Position numbers and translations under genes: made by a program | Notes under the pieces: model-generated | Databases searched by the model: none | What the model saw: only the letters and a program-made list of their open reading frames with translations | Told to the model about the DNA's origin: nothing | IMG/VR virus record: IMGVR_UViG_3300042935_001404 | Direction: 5' to 3' (one strand) | Source of the DNA: a virus | Taxonomy: Duplodnaviria; Caudoviricetes | Length of the DNA stretch: 64,000 nt | Shown: one piece after another, positions 28,905 to 39,036 of the stretch | How the letters are laid out: each line of letters opens with the position of its first letter | Numbering within the stretch: the first letter of the stretch is position 1

Positions 28905-29900
28905 ATGACATATACCGCAGGAAGTCTAATAGTAGCCACAGACTACAACGGATTCGTTAGCACCAACGGAGCAAACGTAAACGGAATTTGGTCCACTGGC
29001 GCTGCCACAGCCGGATACGGCGAAACAGCACTGAGCACAGTGAGCACTGGAGCCACTATTTCGGCCACTGAGTGGTCCACATTGAATAGTAAAGTTTCAG
29101 CAATGGCCAGCCATCAAGGCACTACCATCACCAGCAGAACAAACCCTGTTGTTGGTGACACCATTGCAATTTTAGCCAACATGAACACTGACATCACAAA
29201 CATTACTTCTGCACGTGGTAATGCCGCTGCTAGTGGCGCACAAACAACTACATTCTCTGGTACTACCAGCAAAACATCTAACACAGGTTCTGGATCTACT
29301 GCTTGGACAATTACTTTTACTCACACTATAACCTGGGCCAGTGCCAATGCTGCTCGTTATTTCTTCAACGCTGGCGGCCGTATCAAGTGGGAAACAAGCA
29401 AGACTTCAACAGGTAACTTGGCTGATGCTGAATGGAATGACTTGGCCAACACACTGGTTGGTGACATCTATATCACAGCCGGCAGTGTACTAAGCCCGCA
29501 AACAATTGCTGCCACCAGTTATACCGGCACTACAAAGGTAGGCGGAACTGGTACACCGGTTACATTAACTACCTCAACTGGCTGGTATAATTTACTAACA
29601 TCGGACACACTAATTTATAAACAATTTGCAGATACTGCTCCGTACACAGGACAGTTTATTGCAGTAAATGCCAAAACAGCAGGTTCTGGAACACAACTAG
29701 TATTGACCACAACCTGGGTTGATCCAGGCGGTTCTGGCACAGGTTCCAGCGACGTGATTACAGGCGGAACTGCAACTACATCACCATTCTCAGCATTTGG
29801 CACAGCACCTGCCACAGTGGTCACACTGTTTGTTCCAAGCTCAACTTACTTGACCAGCGCCGCTTGGGGAACACCAACTATTGCAGCCGCAGTTGCTTGA
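28905..29900 (+). CDS. Thr/Gly-rich virion structural protein (fibre-associated)
   Basis: MTYTAGSLIVATDYN N-terminus, NAARYFFNAGGRI motif; last gene before the terminator; AGGA SD. Confidence 0.55.
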   Translation: MTYTAGSLIVATDYNGFVSTNGANVNGIWSTGAATAGYGETALSTVSTGATISATEWSTLNSKVSAMASHQGTTITSRTNPVVGDTIAILANMNTDITNITSARGNAAASGAQTTTFSGTTSKTSNTGSGSTAWTITFTHTITWASANAARYFFNAGGRIKWETSKTSTGNLADAEWNDLANTLVGDIYITAGSVLSPQTIAATSYTGTTKVGGTGTPVTLTTSTGWYNLLTSDTLIYKQFADTAPYTGQFIAVNAKTAGSGTQLVLTTTWVDPGGSGTGSSDVITGGTATTSPFSAFGTAPATVVTLFVPSSTYLTSAAWGTPTIAAAVA

Positions 29901-29921
29901 TTGAACTGTAGCGGTTTACCA

Positions 29922-29947
29922 AAAGGGCCTCCGGGCCCTTTACTTTT
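29922..29947 (+). terminator. Rho-independent terminator closing the structural module
   Basis: AAAGGGCC-TCCG-GGCCCTTT hairpin followed by ACTTTT. Confidence 0.85.
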
Positions 29948-29967
29948 ATCTACATTTCCTGTATAAT
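29939..29967 (+). promoter_or_regulatory. Sigma70-like promoter TTTACT-N17-TATAAT driving the enzyme island
   Basis: -10 element TATAAT at 29962-29967, 7 nt before the ATG at 29975. Confidence 0.65.
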
Positions 29968-29974
29968 AAACAAT

Positions 29975-30283
29975 ATGAATACTGAACAATTGATTGCACA
30001 CGGTCGTGCCCGTTTTGATCACGTGGCCGCCCGACGACTGCTAAAAGAAAAATATCAAGCCCGAATGTTATTTGCTTATGCTGGTGGTATGTGGTGTGCC
30101 GGCCCGGAATTACATAATATGATATTCACTAGTGGCCGCATAGGTGAAATTGTACTGCCAGACTTGTACGAAAACCCAGTTAAAATTGATTCAAAAGAAT
30201 TAATGACATTGAGTCAACAACGTTGGCAAGAACAGATGAATGCCTGGTTGATCGAATACGAAGAACTTAACAAACAAAGATGA
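29975..30283 (+). CDS. Hypothetical protein (102 aa)
   Basis: ORF begins right after the promoter and is ATGA-coupled to the next gene. Confidence 0.7.
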   Translation: MNTEQLIAHGRARFDHVAARRLLKEKYQARMLFAYAGGMWCAGPELHNMIFTSGRIGEIVLPDLYENPVKIDSKELMTLSQQRWQEQMNAWLIEYEELNKQR

Positions 30284-31077
30284 CCACTGGCGCACTAATA
30301 TTTGCATTTAACAACGAGCAAACTGATTATCTTTCTATGGCAGCATGGTCTGCCAAAAACATACACAGGCATCTTGGAATCCCTGTGGCTGTTGTAACTG
30401 ATTATGAAAACCCGCTAGGCGACTTTGATTATGTTATAAACGCCCAAGCACAAAGTGGTGGTCAACGTTATTTTTCAGATTATGATACCAATGTAACCTG
30501 GCACAATACCAATCGCATGGATGCGTACACATTAAGCCCCTGGAATCAAACACTTGTGTTAGACGCTGACTATGTTGTAGCAAGCAATCATCTGTCTAGT
30601 ATATTAAAAAGCCGTCAAGATTTCATGTGCTATCGCTGGGCTCGGGATGTAACAGGACTGCAAACTTTTGAAGATTTAAACTACTTTGGCAATCATCGCA
30701 TGCCCATGTGGTGGGCCACTGTAATGATGTTCCGTCGTAGTGCCAGCACAGAATTGTTATTTGACACAATGCAAATGGTACGAGACAACTGGACACACTA
30801 CAGGAACTTGTACAAGAATCCCGTTTCAACCTATAGAAATGATCACGCACTTAGCATTGCGTTAAATACTTTAAATGGACACACATTGTGTGTTGATGAG
30901 ATTCCAGGGACACTAGCAAGTCTTACCCCAGAACATCGCTTGACTCAACTTGATGCGGATTCTTACAGAGTAGACTTTTTGACACCCGACAAAAAAGCAC
31001 GATGGATTACACTAACACAAGATTTCCATGCCATGGGCAAACAACAACTAGGAGCCATCGTTGCCAATAGTCTCTGA
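30280..31077 (+). CDS. Glycosyltransferase, GT-A fold (GT8-like)
   Basis: TLVLDADYVV DxD motif, WWATVMMF, YRNDHALSIA, C-terminal H (QDFHAMGK). Confidence 0.7.
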   Translation: MTTGALIFAFNNEQTDYLSMAAWSAKNIHRHLGIPVAVVTDYENPLGDFDYVINAQAQSGGQRYFSDYDTNVTWHNTNRMDAYTLSPWNQTLVLDADYVVASNHLSSILKSRQDFMCYRWARDVTGLQTFEDLNYFGNHRMPMWWATVMMFRRSASTELLFDTMQMVRDNWTHYRNLYKNPVSTYRNDHALSIALNTLNGHTLCVDEIPGTLASLTPEHRLTQLDADSYRVDFLTPDKKARWITLTQDFHAMGKQQLGAIVANSL

Positions 31078-31801
31078 ACGTGGATATCTTATTCCTGCTG
31101 TTAACACAGACACAGTAGATTATGTTGCTTGCGCCGAGCAGTTGGCTGATAGTATACGAGTATGGCATCCAGATGCCAACATAACAATACTGACAAAAGA
31201 AATGTTGCCATATGGCGACTTAGGCGGCTATGCCAATGACTGGCAGGTGTTTCGTGCCAGTCCATATAGACAAACAATCAAACTAGAAGCAGACATGATT
31301 GCTGCCAGCCCTGTTGACCACTGGTGGACTCTGTTTGAGCATCGTGATGTTGTGATCAGTCAAGGTTGTAGAGACTTTTATGATCAACCTGGTACCAGTA
31401 GATATTATCGTCGACTGTTTGACGAAAACAATTTGCCAGATGTATACAACGCAATAACTTATTGGCGTTTAAGTAAAACAGCACAGGATTTTTTTAATCT
31501 AGTAGAGAAAATTTTTTCAAACTGGAGTTCCTACAAGACTTTGTTGAAGTTTCCAGAAGAAGTTCCCAGTACAGATGTGGTGTATGCTATGGCCGCACAG
31601 ATCATTGGTCCAGAACTGGTCACACTGCCCCCGGGTCTTGGTCCAACCATAGTGCATATGAAACAACATATAATCAGCACCCACACTGATGATTGGACCG
31701 AAGAACTAGTGTGGGAAAATACCGATCCGGGTGTGCGGATCAACACAGTAGCACAATGGGGACTTGTGCATTATCATAATAAAGATTGGAGATTGCTTTG
31801 A
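31061..31801 (+). CDS. Glycosyltransferase, GT-A fold (GT8-like), paralogue of the upstream gene
   Basis: SPYRQTIKLEADM, LPDVYNAITYW, STDVVYAMA, IVHMK. Confidence 0.65.
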   Translation: MPIVSERGYLIPAVNTDTVDYVACAEQLADSIRVWHPDANITILTKEMLPYGDLGGYANDWQVFRASPYRQTIKLEADMIAASPVDHWWTLFEHRDVVISQGCRDFYDQPGTSRYYRRLFDENNLPDVYNAITYWRLSKTAQDFFNLVEKIFSNWSSYKTLLKFPEEVPSTDVVYAMAAQIIGPELVTLPPGLGPTIVHMKQHIISTHTDDWTEELVWENTDPGVRINTVAQWGLVHYHNKDWRLL

Positions 31802-32100
31802 GTAAAGAAGAAGATAAATTTAAAAAAAGTAAACGTCTATTAAAAGATGAAAATGCAGTGGCCCGACAAGTTAAGATTGCTAAAGCACACGGCATGACCG
31901 ACAAAGATCTAGCAGTAAAAGAACCACACCGATTGGCCAAGCATCATGTGATGGATTGTGGTAATCCACAATGTCCATTGTGCGGTAATCCTCGCAGAAC
32001 ACACAAAGACACACTGACAGCACAGGAAAAAAGACTTTTCCAAGATGTTGACAAAACAACAGACCGACACTCAAACGGTATTCCGCCTGCAGATGAATGA
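31798..32100 (+). CDS. Basic hypothetical protein with His/Cys cluster (possible Zn-binding)
   Basis: TTG start with GGAG SD; HRLAKHHVMDCGNPQCPLCGNPR. Confidence 0.6.
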   Translation: MSKEEDKFKKSKRLLKDENAVARQVKIAKAHGMTDKDLAVKEPHRLAKHHVMDCGNPQCPLCGNPRRTHKDTLTAQEKRLFQDVDKTTDRHSNGIPPADE

Positions 32101-32440
32101 AACAACTGAAAATTTTTGGCTGGCACTAGCAGAGCCTGCACCGGAACCTGTGCCTATCTTTTTTAGGTTATACTACAATGAGCGTGGTGAGCCAGTATCT
32201 TACAGCATGGAAGATTTGCCAGGTAATTATATAGAGATTGATGCAGAAACATACCACCGCAGTTCTTTTAATGTTCGAGTTGTTGACGGCAAATTAGTGC
32301 CGGTTGTGTACAAAAGACCCGTTAGCAAGTTAAAACCCAGCACAGCAGGAACCGCGTGTGCGCCTAACAATGTTTCTGTTGTTGTTGCAGAAGATCGCCC
32401 ACATACTAAATGGAGTTTAAAATCAAATGAATCAAATTGA
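32093..32440 (+). CDS. Hypothetical protein (115 aa)
   Basis: Overlap-coupled ORF; FRLYYNERGEPVSYSMEDLPGNYIEID. Confidence 0.65.
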   Translation: MNETTENFWLALAEPAPEPVPIFFRLYYNERGEPVSYSMEDLPGNYIEIDAETYHRSSFNVRVVDGKLVPVVYKRPVSKLKPSTAGTACAPNNVSVVVAEDRPHTKWSLKSNESN

Positions 32441-33353
32441 TGTAGCAGACCTAGACTGCATCTACTTAACCTACGACGAACCACAGAAGGAAGAATTCTG
32501 GGTAAAGATTCGCAACATGGTGCCTTGGGCAAAACGTGTTGACGGAGTCAAAGGGTCAGATGCCGCACACAAAGCTGCCGCAGCCGCAAGTGACACAGAG
32601 CGTTTTATCTTAATTGATGGCGACAACATGCCGTACCCAGAGTTCTTTAATCAAACCCTAACGTTCCCTACCGCTGACTATGAACGTGCAGTATTCCGTT
32701 GGAGAGCATGTAACAACATCAACGGACTCATGTATGGCAATGGAGGTATGAGTTCTTGGACACGCACATTTGTCAACGAAATGAAAACACACGAGAACAC
32801 AGATGGCACAGCCGCTACCGAAGTAGAGTTTTGTTTTGATCCTTTATACTGGGCCATGCATGATTGCTACAGCACAACCTATCCCAATGGTTCAGCGTTT
32901 CATGCTTGGCGAGCCGGCTTCCGTGAAGGTGTTAAGATGTGCTTGAACAAGGGTGTGCGTCCCACTGTGGCAGAGTTCAAGAACCGTGTGCACCAACGCA
33001 ACCTAGACAACTTGACTGTGTGGCACAACGTAGGTCGTGATGCTGAACATGGAGTTTGGGCCATTGCTGGCGCAAGAATGGGCACATACATGACCATGCT
33101 GACCAACTGGGACTACAAACAAGTACAATGGTTTGATTCGTTAAATGAGTTGTGGGAAACAGTCAAAGATACCGAGCCTGAACTACTGTTGGGCCGTGTA
33201 GCCGAAGAACTAAGCACACAGTTAGACTTGCCAATGGTGTGGTATGAAGAAGAAGCCAGCAAGTTCTTTAAACATCATTATCGTAGCGGCTGGCATAACC
33301 AAGGTGTTATGATTCGCGAAATTGATGTAATTAGAAAGCAAGAAGGCTGGTAA
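32427..33353 (+). CDS. Glycosyltransferase, GT-A fold (GT2-like)
   Basis: LDCIYLTYDEP, GVKGSDAAHKAAA, FILIDGDN (DxD), NGLMYGNGG, AWRAGFREGVKM. Confidence 0.7.
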   Translation: MNQIDVADLDCIYLTYDEPQKEEFWVKIRNMVPWAKRVDGVKGSDAAHKAAAAASDTERFILIDGDNMPYPEFFNQTLTFPTADYERAVFRWRACNNINGLMYGNGGMSSWTRTFVNEMKTHENTDGTAATEVEFCFDPLYWAMHDCYSTTYPNGSAFHAWRAGFREGVKMCLNKGVRPTVAEFKNRVHQRNLDNLTVWHNVGRDAEHGVWAIAGARMGTYMTMLTNWDYKQVQWFDSLNELWETVKDTEPELLLGRVAEELSTQLDLPMVWYEEEASKFFKHHYRSGWHNQGVMIREIDVIRKQEGW

Positions 33354-33928
33354 TGCAAAAACGATTGCTTTTAGATGGGTGTAGTTTTACCTATGGACTT
33401 AATTTGCTACACAATCAAAAATTAGAGCAGCACTTTGTTGAATCAGGATACGAAGTAGTTAATTTGTCACGCCCAGGTAAAAGCAATTCGGCTATTTCGT
33501 TAGACCTGTACAACAATATGGATTCTTGCGACTTATTAGTAGTAGGATGGACCTTTAGTTCTCGGTGGCATTTAAAATACCACAATCTTGACATTGATTT
33601 ACTAGCCACTAGAGAACATGTAGAATTGCCCTACACGGTAGACAGTAGATTAATAGAACAAAGTTATCAAGAGTTGCATCGGTCTTTCTACAGTTTATTT
33701 GATGCAACACATTGGAATCAACAAAGTGATATGCTAATAGACAATACAGCGGCACTGGCAGCACATCGCGGCAAACAAGCAGTATTTTTCAGCTGGGAAT
33801 CTAGAAAAGTTGCATGTGATATGCATTACCCGCATGTGCCATCCTCGCATCGACTGCCTTGTGGACACTTAAATGCAGACGGCACAACCAATCTATATAA
33901 TACGTTAACACATCTAATAGAACAATGA
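33353..33928 (+). CDS. SGNH/GDSL-fold hydrolase or acyltransferase-like protein
   Basis: DGCSFTYG (block I), NLSRPGKSN (block II), CGHLNADG (block V). Confidence 0.65.
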   Translation: MQKRLLLDGCSFTYGLNLLHNQKLEQHFVESGYEVVNLSRPGKSNSAISLDLYNNMDSCDLLVVGWTFSSRWHLKYHNLDIDLLATREHVELPYTVDSRLIEQSYQELHRSFYSLFDATHWNQQSDMLIDNTAALAAHRGKQAVFFSWESRKVACDMHYPHVPSSHRLPCGHLNADGTTNLYNTLTHLIEQ

Positions 33929-35310
33929 GCACCGGCGATCAAAGTAAATTTATGAGTCTGGCAGAGCAGATGAAAGAGGATCTTGGTCCTGCATTGTGCC
34001 TGGCCAAGTGGAAGCAAGTAAGTCTACATCTACCCACCGGGCTTAATAATTCGTGTTACCATCCGCCATTACATCCAATCTCTGCCAACGATTTACAACG
34101 CCCAGGCGGCATACATAATACTGAGCATAAAAAACAACAACGCATGATGATGATTCGCGGCGAAAAGCCCACTGAGTGTCAGTACTGTTGGAACATGGAA
34201 AATCTAGGCAAACTTTCAGACAGACATTACCGGTCGGGCGAGGCCTGGGCCGCAGTGGACTTTGAAAAAATTAAAAACAGCGTAGGCAATGAAGATGATG
34301 TTGTTCCTTCCTATGTAGAAGTTAATTTTAATCATGCATGTAATCTAAAGTGTAGTTATTGCAGTCCACAGTTTAGCAGTAGTTGGGGCGAAGAAATAGA
34401 CCGATATGGTGCGTTCCCTACTAGCAAGCCGCACAATGCTCCGGAACATTTTGTAGGCAATCGTAAACCTATTCCTGTAAGAGAAGACAATCCTTATGTG
34501 GATGCATTTTGGGAATGGTGGCCCGCCCTGTACCCACAGTTAGAACATTTCCGTATGACCGGTGGCGAACCGCTAATGGATCGAAACACTTATCGAGTGT
34601 TTGATTATGTATTAGAGCATCCTAGTCCCAAACTACACTTAAATGTAACGTCAAACTTTAGTGTAGAAGATCAACTGTTTAAAAAGTACATGTCCTATGT
34701 AAAGCGGTTGTGTACACCCAACATCGAACACTTCATGCAATATGTTAGTTTGGACTCTGGCATAGCACCACAAGCAGAATATATACGTCACGGATTAGAT
34801 TATGATCGCATGTCCAAGAACGTTGTGGAGTTCCTACAAGACATTCCTTATCGCAACAGTTTGACATTTATTGTTACAATGAATAACTTAACAGTAACAG
34901 GACTACAACCTTTGTTAGAATGGATATTAAACCTACGCAAACTATATTCTAACACATATCAACGTGTGTGGTTTGATACTCCTGTGCTACGTGAACCTGC
35001 TTGGCAAAGTTTACAAATACTTCCAGAAAGTTATGCACAACAATTAGAACGTGCTAGAGATTACATGCTGGCTAACATGATTACAGAAGCTAACCCTTTA
35101 CACGGATTTAAAGATTACGAAGTGCAACGTATTGAACGTGATATTGCGTGGATGCGTGAAGGACAACACAAAGATAACTTGGTAGCAAAAGCAGATTTTT
35201 ATCGTTTCTTTAACGAGCACGATCGCCGACGCGGCACCGACTTTTTAACAGCTTTTCCTGAAATGCGATCATGGTGGGCAGAATGTGAGTACCATGCTCG
35301 GCAATCGTAA
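33925..35310 (+). CDS. Radical SAM enzyme with N-terminal Twitch/SPASM-like Cys domain (rSAM-1)
   Basis: CNLKCSYC (CxxxCxxC), RMTGGEPLM; N-terminal LCLAKW...SCYHP...ECQYCW. Confidence 0.9.
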   Translation: MSTGDQSKFMSLAEQMKEDLGPALCLAKWKQVSLHLPTGLNNSCYHPPLHPISANDLQRPGGIHNTEHKKQQRMMMIRGEKPTECQYCWNMENLGKLSDRHYRSGEAWAAVDFEKIKNSVGNEDDVVPSYVEVNFNHACNLKCSYCSPQFSSSWGEEIDRYGAFPTSKPHNAPEHFVGNRKPIPVREDNPYVDAFWEWWPALYPQLEHFRMTGGEPLMDRNTYRVFDYVLEHPSPKLHLNVTSNFSVEDQLFKKYMSYVKRLCTPNIEHFMQYVSLDSGIAPQAEYIRHGLDYDRMSKNVVEFLQDIPYRNSLTFIVTMNNLTVTGLQPLLEWILNLRKLYSNTYQRVWFDTPVLREPAWQSLQILPESYAQQLERARDYMLANMITEANPLHGFKDYEVQRIERDIAWMREGQHKDNLVAKADFYRFFNEHDRRRGTDFLTAFPEMRSWWAECEYHARQS

Positions 35311-36433
35311 ATTTATTATTGACACCATGAGCGAGGTTTACAGTATGATGAAACCTTACTCAGATGACGAGTTGTGGGATCTAGGCGCTCATGAAATTCA
35401 ACCCAACTCAATCTATCTGTTAGGCCGCAAGCAAATGGTAGAACACACAGATCGTGTTAGAGAAATGGCTGCTGACCCAACTATAACTGTGATATTTGGT
35501 AACAGTGCCGAAGGATCTAAAACGATTGTAGATCAATTGCGTGTGTTAAAAATAGAAGACTTAGTGCTGTCAGGGAAGATATTGCTGTTGAGTGGCGGCG
35601 AAATTGAACCTCAATATCCATATTTGTTGCATGAACATTTTATCACACACATACTAGATTATAAAGAAAACATTCAAGCACAACAACGCACTGATGAAAT
35701 TTTTAACAAAAAAATTAAACCTTATAAATTTTTATTTTTAAACGGGCGGGTACGTTCTCATAGAAAATATCTGCTTGAAAGATTGCGTCAACTGGGCATT
35801 TTAGACAGTGCAATCTGGACCATGTTAGATGGCCGAATTCCAACTAATCAATATTTTAGTCTACATGAAAACGGCATAGATGTAATTGGCCAAAATACTG
35901 CGATTAAACAGTTGCCTTCAGAATACGAATTTAAATTTTTTAAGAATAAATCTATTGTGTTGGATTACCCACATAAATTTGCCAAAAATGAATTGTTTGA
36001 TACTCACTGGGGTGAAATTTATTTAGAACCTGCTCCGTACATTGACACTTATTTTAGTTTGGTAACTGAAACTGTGTTTGAATATCCTTATAGTTTTAGA
36101 ACAGAAAAAATTGCCAAACCATTGGCAATGGGCCATCCGTGGATCTGTGCTGCCAGTGTGGGATTTTATCGAGACATGCACAAATTGGGATTTCAAACAT
36201 TTGGACATGTGATAGATGAAAGTTTTGATACAATCGACAATCATCAAGATCGAATGGAAAGAATAGCAATGATAGTCAAAGATTTATGTCAACAAGATCT
36301 TGCAAGTTTTCTAAATGAATGCTATAATGTATGTAAATACAATCAACAACACCTTGCAGAATTGCGCACACAGTGTCGCAAAGAGTTTCCTGACCGTTTC
36401 CAACAATTTATCAATGAACGATTTAGATTTTAA
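35294..36433 (+). CDS. Glycosyltransferase-like protein (GT-B-type C-terminal domain)
   Basis: FLFLNGRVRSHR; FSLVTETVF...RTEKIAKPLAMGHPW...GFQTFGHVIDESFD. Confidence 0.55.
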   Translation: MLGNRKFIIDTMSEVYSMMKPYSDDELWDLGAHEIQPNSIYLLGRKQMVEHTDRVREMAADPTITVIFGNSAEGSKTIVDQLRVLKIEDLVLSGKILLLSGGEIEPQYPYLLHEHFITHILDYKENIQAQQRTDEIFNKKIKPYKFLFLNGRVRSHRKYLLERLRQLGILDSAIWTMLDGRIPTNQYFSLHENGIDVIGQNTAIKQLPSEYEFKFFKNKSIVLDYPHKFAKNELFDTHWGEIYLEPAPYIDTYFSLVTETVFEYPYSFRTEKIAKPLAMGHPWICAASVGFYRDMHKLGFQTFGHVIDESFDTIDNHQDRMERIAMIVKDLCQQDLASFLNECYNVCKYNQQHLAELRTQCRKEFPDRFQQFINERFRF

Positions 36434-37772
36434 ACATGAAATTTTAGACACCAAGAGTGCAAGTTTTTGTGCGGCCAAATGGTACAATGCTACCATATGG
36501 TTGGGAAGTGGACAAACTACCAGTTGCCACCATCCACCGGCACACTCAATTGATCTGGATGCGTTGGCCGCCAATCCTTCTGCGCTACACAACACCGCAA
36601 AGAAAAAAGATGATCGGCGACTGATGTTAGCGGGCAAACGTCCCACAGGTTGTGAATACTGCTGGAAGATTGAAGACATGGGCAAAGATTCCGTATCTGA
36701 CCGTGTGTACAAAAGTAAAATTTACCCTATAGAGGCCTTAAATGATGCATACCAAACCCCCCACACAGAAGATGTCAATCTTCGCACACTTGAAATTGCG
36801 TTCGACCGCACTTGCCAATTTGCTTGTTCTTATTGTAACCCTGCTTTCAGTAGCACATGGGTTAATGACATTAAAAAGCACGGACCTTATGTCGGTCTGG
36901 TGTCAGATGGGCGTAATCACTTTACTCATGCTCATGCTAGCAGTCAACTATACCGATTTGGTGAAACAAATCCCTACGTTGAAGCGTTCTTTAAATGGTG
37001 GGAAACTGACCTACACCGAACGCTCCAAGAACTGAGAATAACCGGTGGCGAGCCGCTGATGAGTGCTGAGACATGGAAACTGATTGATTGGTTTAAAAAC
37101 AATCCAGGCAGATCAACCACTCGGTTAGCAATCAATTCTAATCTTGGCGCAGATGTTGATGTAGATAGACTTATTGAAAGCACACGTGGCCTGGATGTAG
37201 AAATTTACACATCTATGGAGGCTGTTGGTGCTCACGCAGAATACATTCGAGATGGACTAGATTATCACGCTTGGGAAAATAATGTAACTAAACTGTTAGA
37301 CAGTCACGTAGGTGCAGTACACGTAATGGCCACTATTAATGCATTGTGCTTGACAACATTGCCAATGCTTCTGCATTATGTAGTACAACTTAAATCAAAG
37401 TATGGTCGTAAACGTGTTAACTTTACATTAAATATACTGAGATTTCCTAGTTTTCAAAGTCCACTGGTACTGCCCCGGGCATTGCTTACACGTCATATGC
37501 TTGACTTATCTAATTTCTTAAAGCGTTGGAAAACGGTTCCAGACATACTGCACGAACACGAAATTAATCACCTACAGCGATTAATTGATTATTTAGATGT
37601 AGTAAAAACTCCGCATTCAGACGCATTTGACATGCCTAAGTTACACAATGACTTTAAGCAGTTTTACACACAGTATGACCAACGCCGCGGAAAAAGTTTT
37701 AAAGATACATTTAAAGACAGTTATCCAATAGACGTAACATTATCAACATGGTATGACTCAATACAAATATAA
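36414..37772 (+). CDS. Radical SAM enzyme with N-terminal Twitch/SPASM-like domain (rSAM-2)
   Basis: CQFACSYC, RITGGEPLM; FCAAKW...SCHHP...GCEYCW. Start at 36414 chosen to minimise overlap. Confidence 0.9.
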   Translation: MNDLDFKHEILDTKSASFCAAKWYNATIWLGSGQTTSCHHPPAHSIDLDALAANPSALHNTAKKKDDRRLMLAGKRPTGCEYCWKIEDMGKDSVSDRVYKSKIYPIEALNDAYQTPHTEDVNLRTLEIAFDRTCQFACSYCNPAFSSTWVNDIKKHGPYVGLVSDGRNHFTHAHASSQLYRFGETNPYVEAFFKWWETDLHRTLQELRITGGEPLMSAETWKLIDWFKNNPGRSTTRLAINSNLGADVDVDRLIESTRGLDVEIYTSMEAVGAHAEYIRDGLDYHAWENNVTKLLDSHVGAVHVMATINALCLTTLPMLLHYVVQLKSKYGRKRVNFTLNILRFPSFQSPLVLPRALLTRHMLDLSNFLKRWKTVPDILHEHEINHLQRLIDYLDVVKTPHSDAFDMPKLHNDFKQFYTQYDQRRGKSFKDTFKDSYPIDVTLSTWYDSIQI

Positions 37773-39036
37773 TTCAACAGACCTGGTACGTCCAACAGAA
37801 CTTTCGGAACGTGAAGAATTTTTATTAAAAGATTCCAAAACATTCTGCATCTACCCTTGGATACACTTACACGCATATCCCACAGGCGAAGCATATCCTT
37901 GCTGTCATGCTGAAATGGGTGTGGGCCAAATTGGCAACTGCAGATCAAACACACTGGCAGAAATATGGAACAGTCCAGAACAAAAACAACTCAGAGTTGA
38001 CATGCTGTCAGAAACCCCCAACCCGGCCTGTGGTCGTTGCTACGAACAGGAAGAGTCGGGATTTTTCAGTGGCCGCAAAAGTGCCAACAAGCACCACGGG
38101 CATCATATCAATCGAGTAGGTAATACCAATGCTGCCGGGCAGGTTGATCAATTTGAAATGACCTATTGGGATCTGCGATTTAGTAATCTTTGCAATTTAA
38201 GTTGCCGTAGTTGTGGGCATATCTTTAGTAGCAGTTGGTATAAAGATCAATCCGAGTTGGCCGGGCCTGCTTGGGCCAGTCAAAACAAACCTCTTAACTA
38301 TGCTGGTCGTTATGCCACTGACTTGTGGGAACAACTGATCGAGCATATTGATCACGTGGAGCAGATTTACTTTGCCGGCGGCGAGCCCCTGATGATGGAA
38401 GAGCACTACCTGATTCTAGAAGAACTAGAACGTCGTGGTCGCTTTGATGTTAGACTAATATACAATACTAACTTTACACAAACACGACTTAAAGACCGTA
38501 CAGTATTTGATTACTGGCGCAAGTTTGACAGTGTAGCAGTTGGGGCAAGCCTTGATGCGTCTGGTCCACGCGGTGAGTACATACGCAAAGGCACAGACTG
38601 GGCTGTGGTAGAATCAAATCGCAGACAAATGATGGAAATATGCCCCAGAGTAGACTTTTACATCAGTCCCACACTTAGTATTATGAACGCATTACATCTT
38701 CCAGACTTTCATAGAGACTGGGTAGAGAAAGGTATGTTAACGCCTCAAGACCTTAATGTAAACATACTGCAAGACCCTGCATATTTAAGAATTGATATTG
38801 CGCCCAGCGAATACAAACAACGAATACAGTCTAAATATGAACAGCATTTAGAATGGTTACGACCGTTGGATCAACTGAATCGTGCCACTGTGGGATTTGA
38901 AAGCGCCATTACATTTATGAACAGCACTGACAACACACAGCTACTTGACACTTTTTGGCGTAAGACGCACGAGCTTGACAGCATTAGACGAGAACATGTA
39001 CTTGATGTGTTACCAGAATTAAGAGCAATTAAATGA
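37753..39036 (+). CDS. Radical SAM enzyme with N-terminal Twitch/SPASM-like domain (rSAM-3)
   Basis: CNLSCRSC, YFAGGEPLM; FCIYPWIH...YPCC...ACGRCY. Confidence 0.9.
   Translation: MTQYKYNSTDLVRPTELSEREEFLLKDSKTFCIYPWIHLHAYPTGEAYPCCHAEMGVGQIGNCRSNTLAEIWNSPEQKQLRVDMLSETPNPACGRCYEQEESGFFSGRKSANKHHGHHINRVGNTNAAGQVDQFEMTYWDLRFSNLCNLSCRSCGHIFSSSWYKDQSELAGPAWASQNKPLNYAGRYATDLWEQLIEHIDHVEQIYFAGGEPLMMEEHYLILEELERRGRFDVRLIYNTNFTQTRLKDRTVFDYWRKFDSVAVGASLDASGPRGEYIRKGTDWAVVESNRRQMMEICPRVDFYISPTLSIMNALHLPDFHRDWVEKGMLTPQDLNVNILQDPAYLRIDIAPSEYKQRIQSKYEQHLEWLRPLDQLNRATVGFESAITFMNSTDNTQLLDTFWRKTHELDSIRREHVLDVLPELRAIK

Noticed and set aside
36315-36413. Upstream extension of rSAM-2 in the ORF track
   Set aside because: It overlaps the preceding gene by more than 100 bp; paralogue alignment supports a start at 36414.
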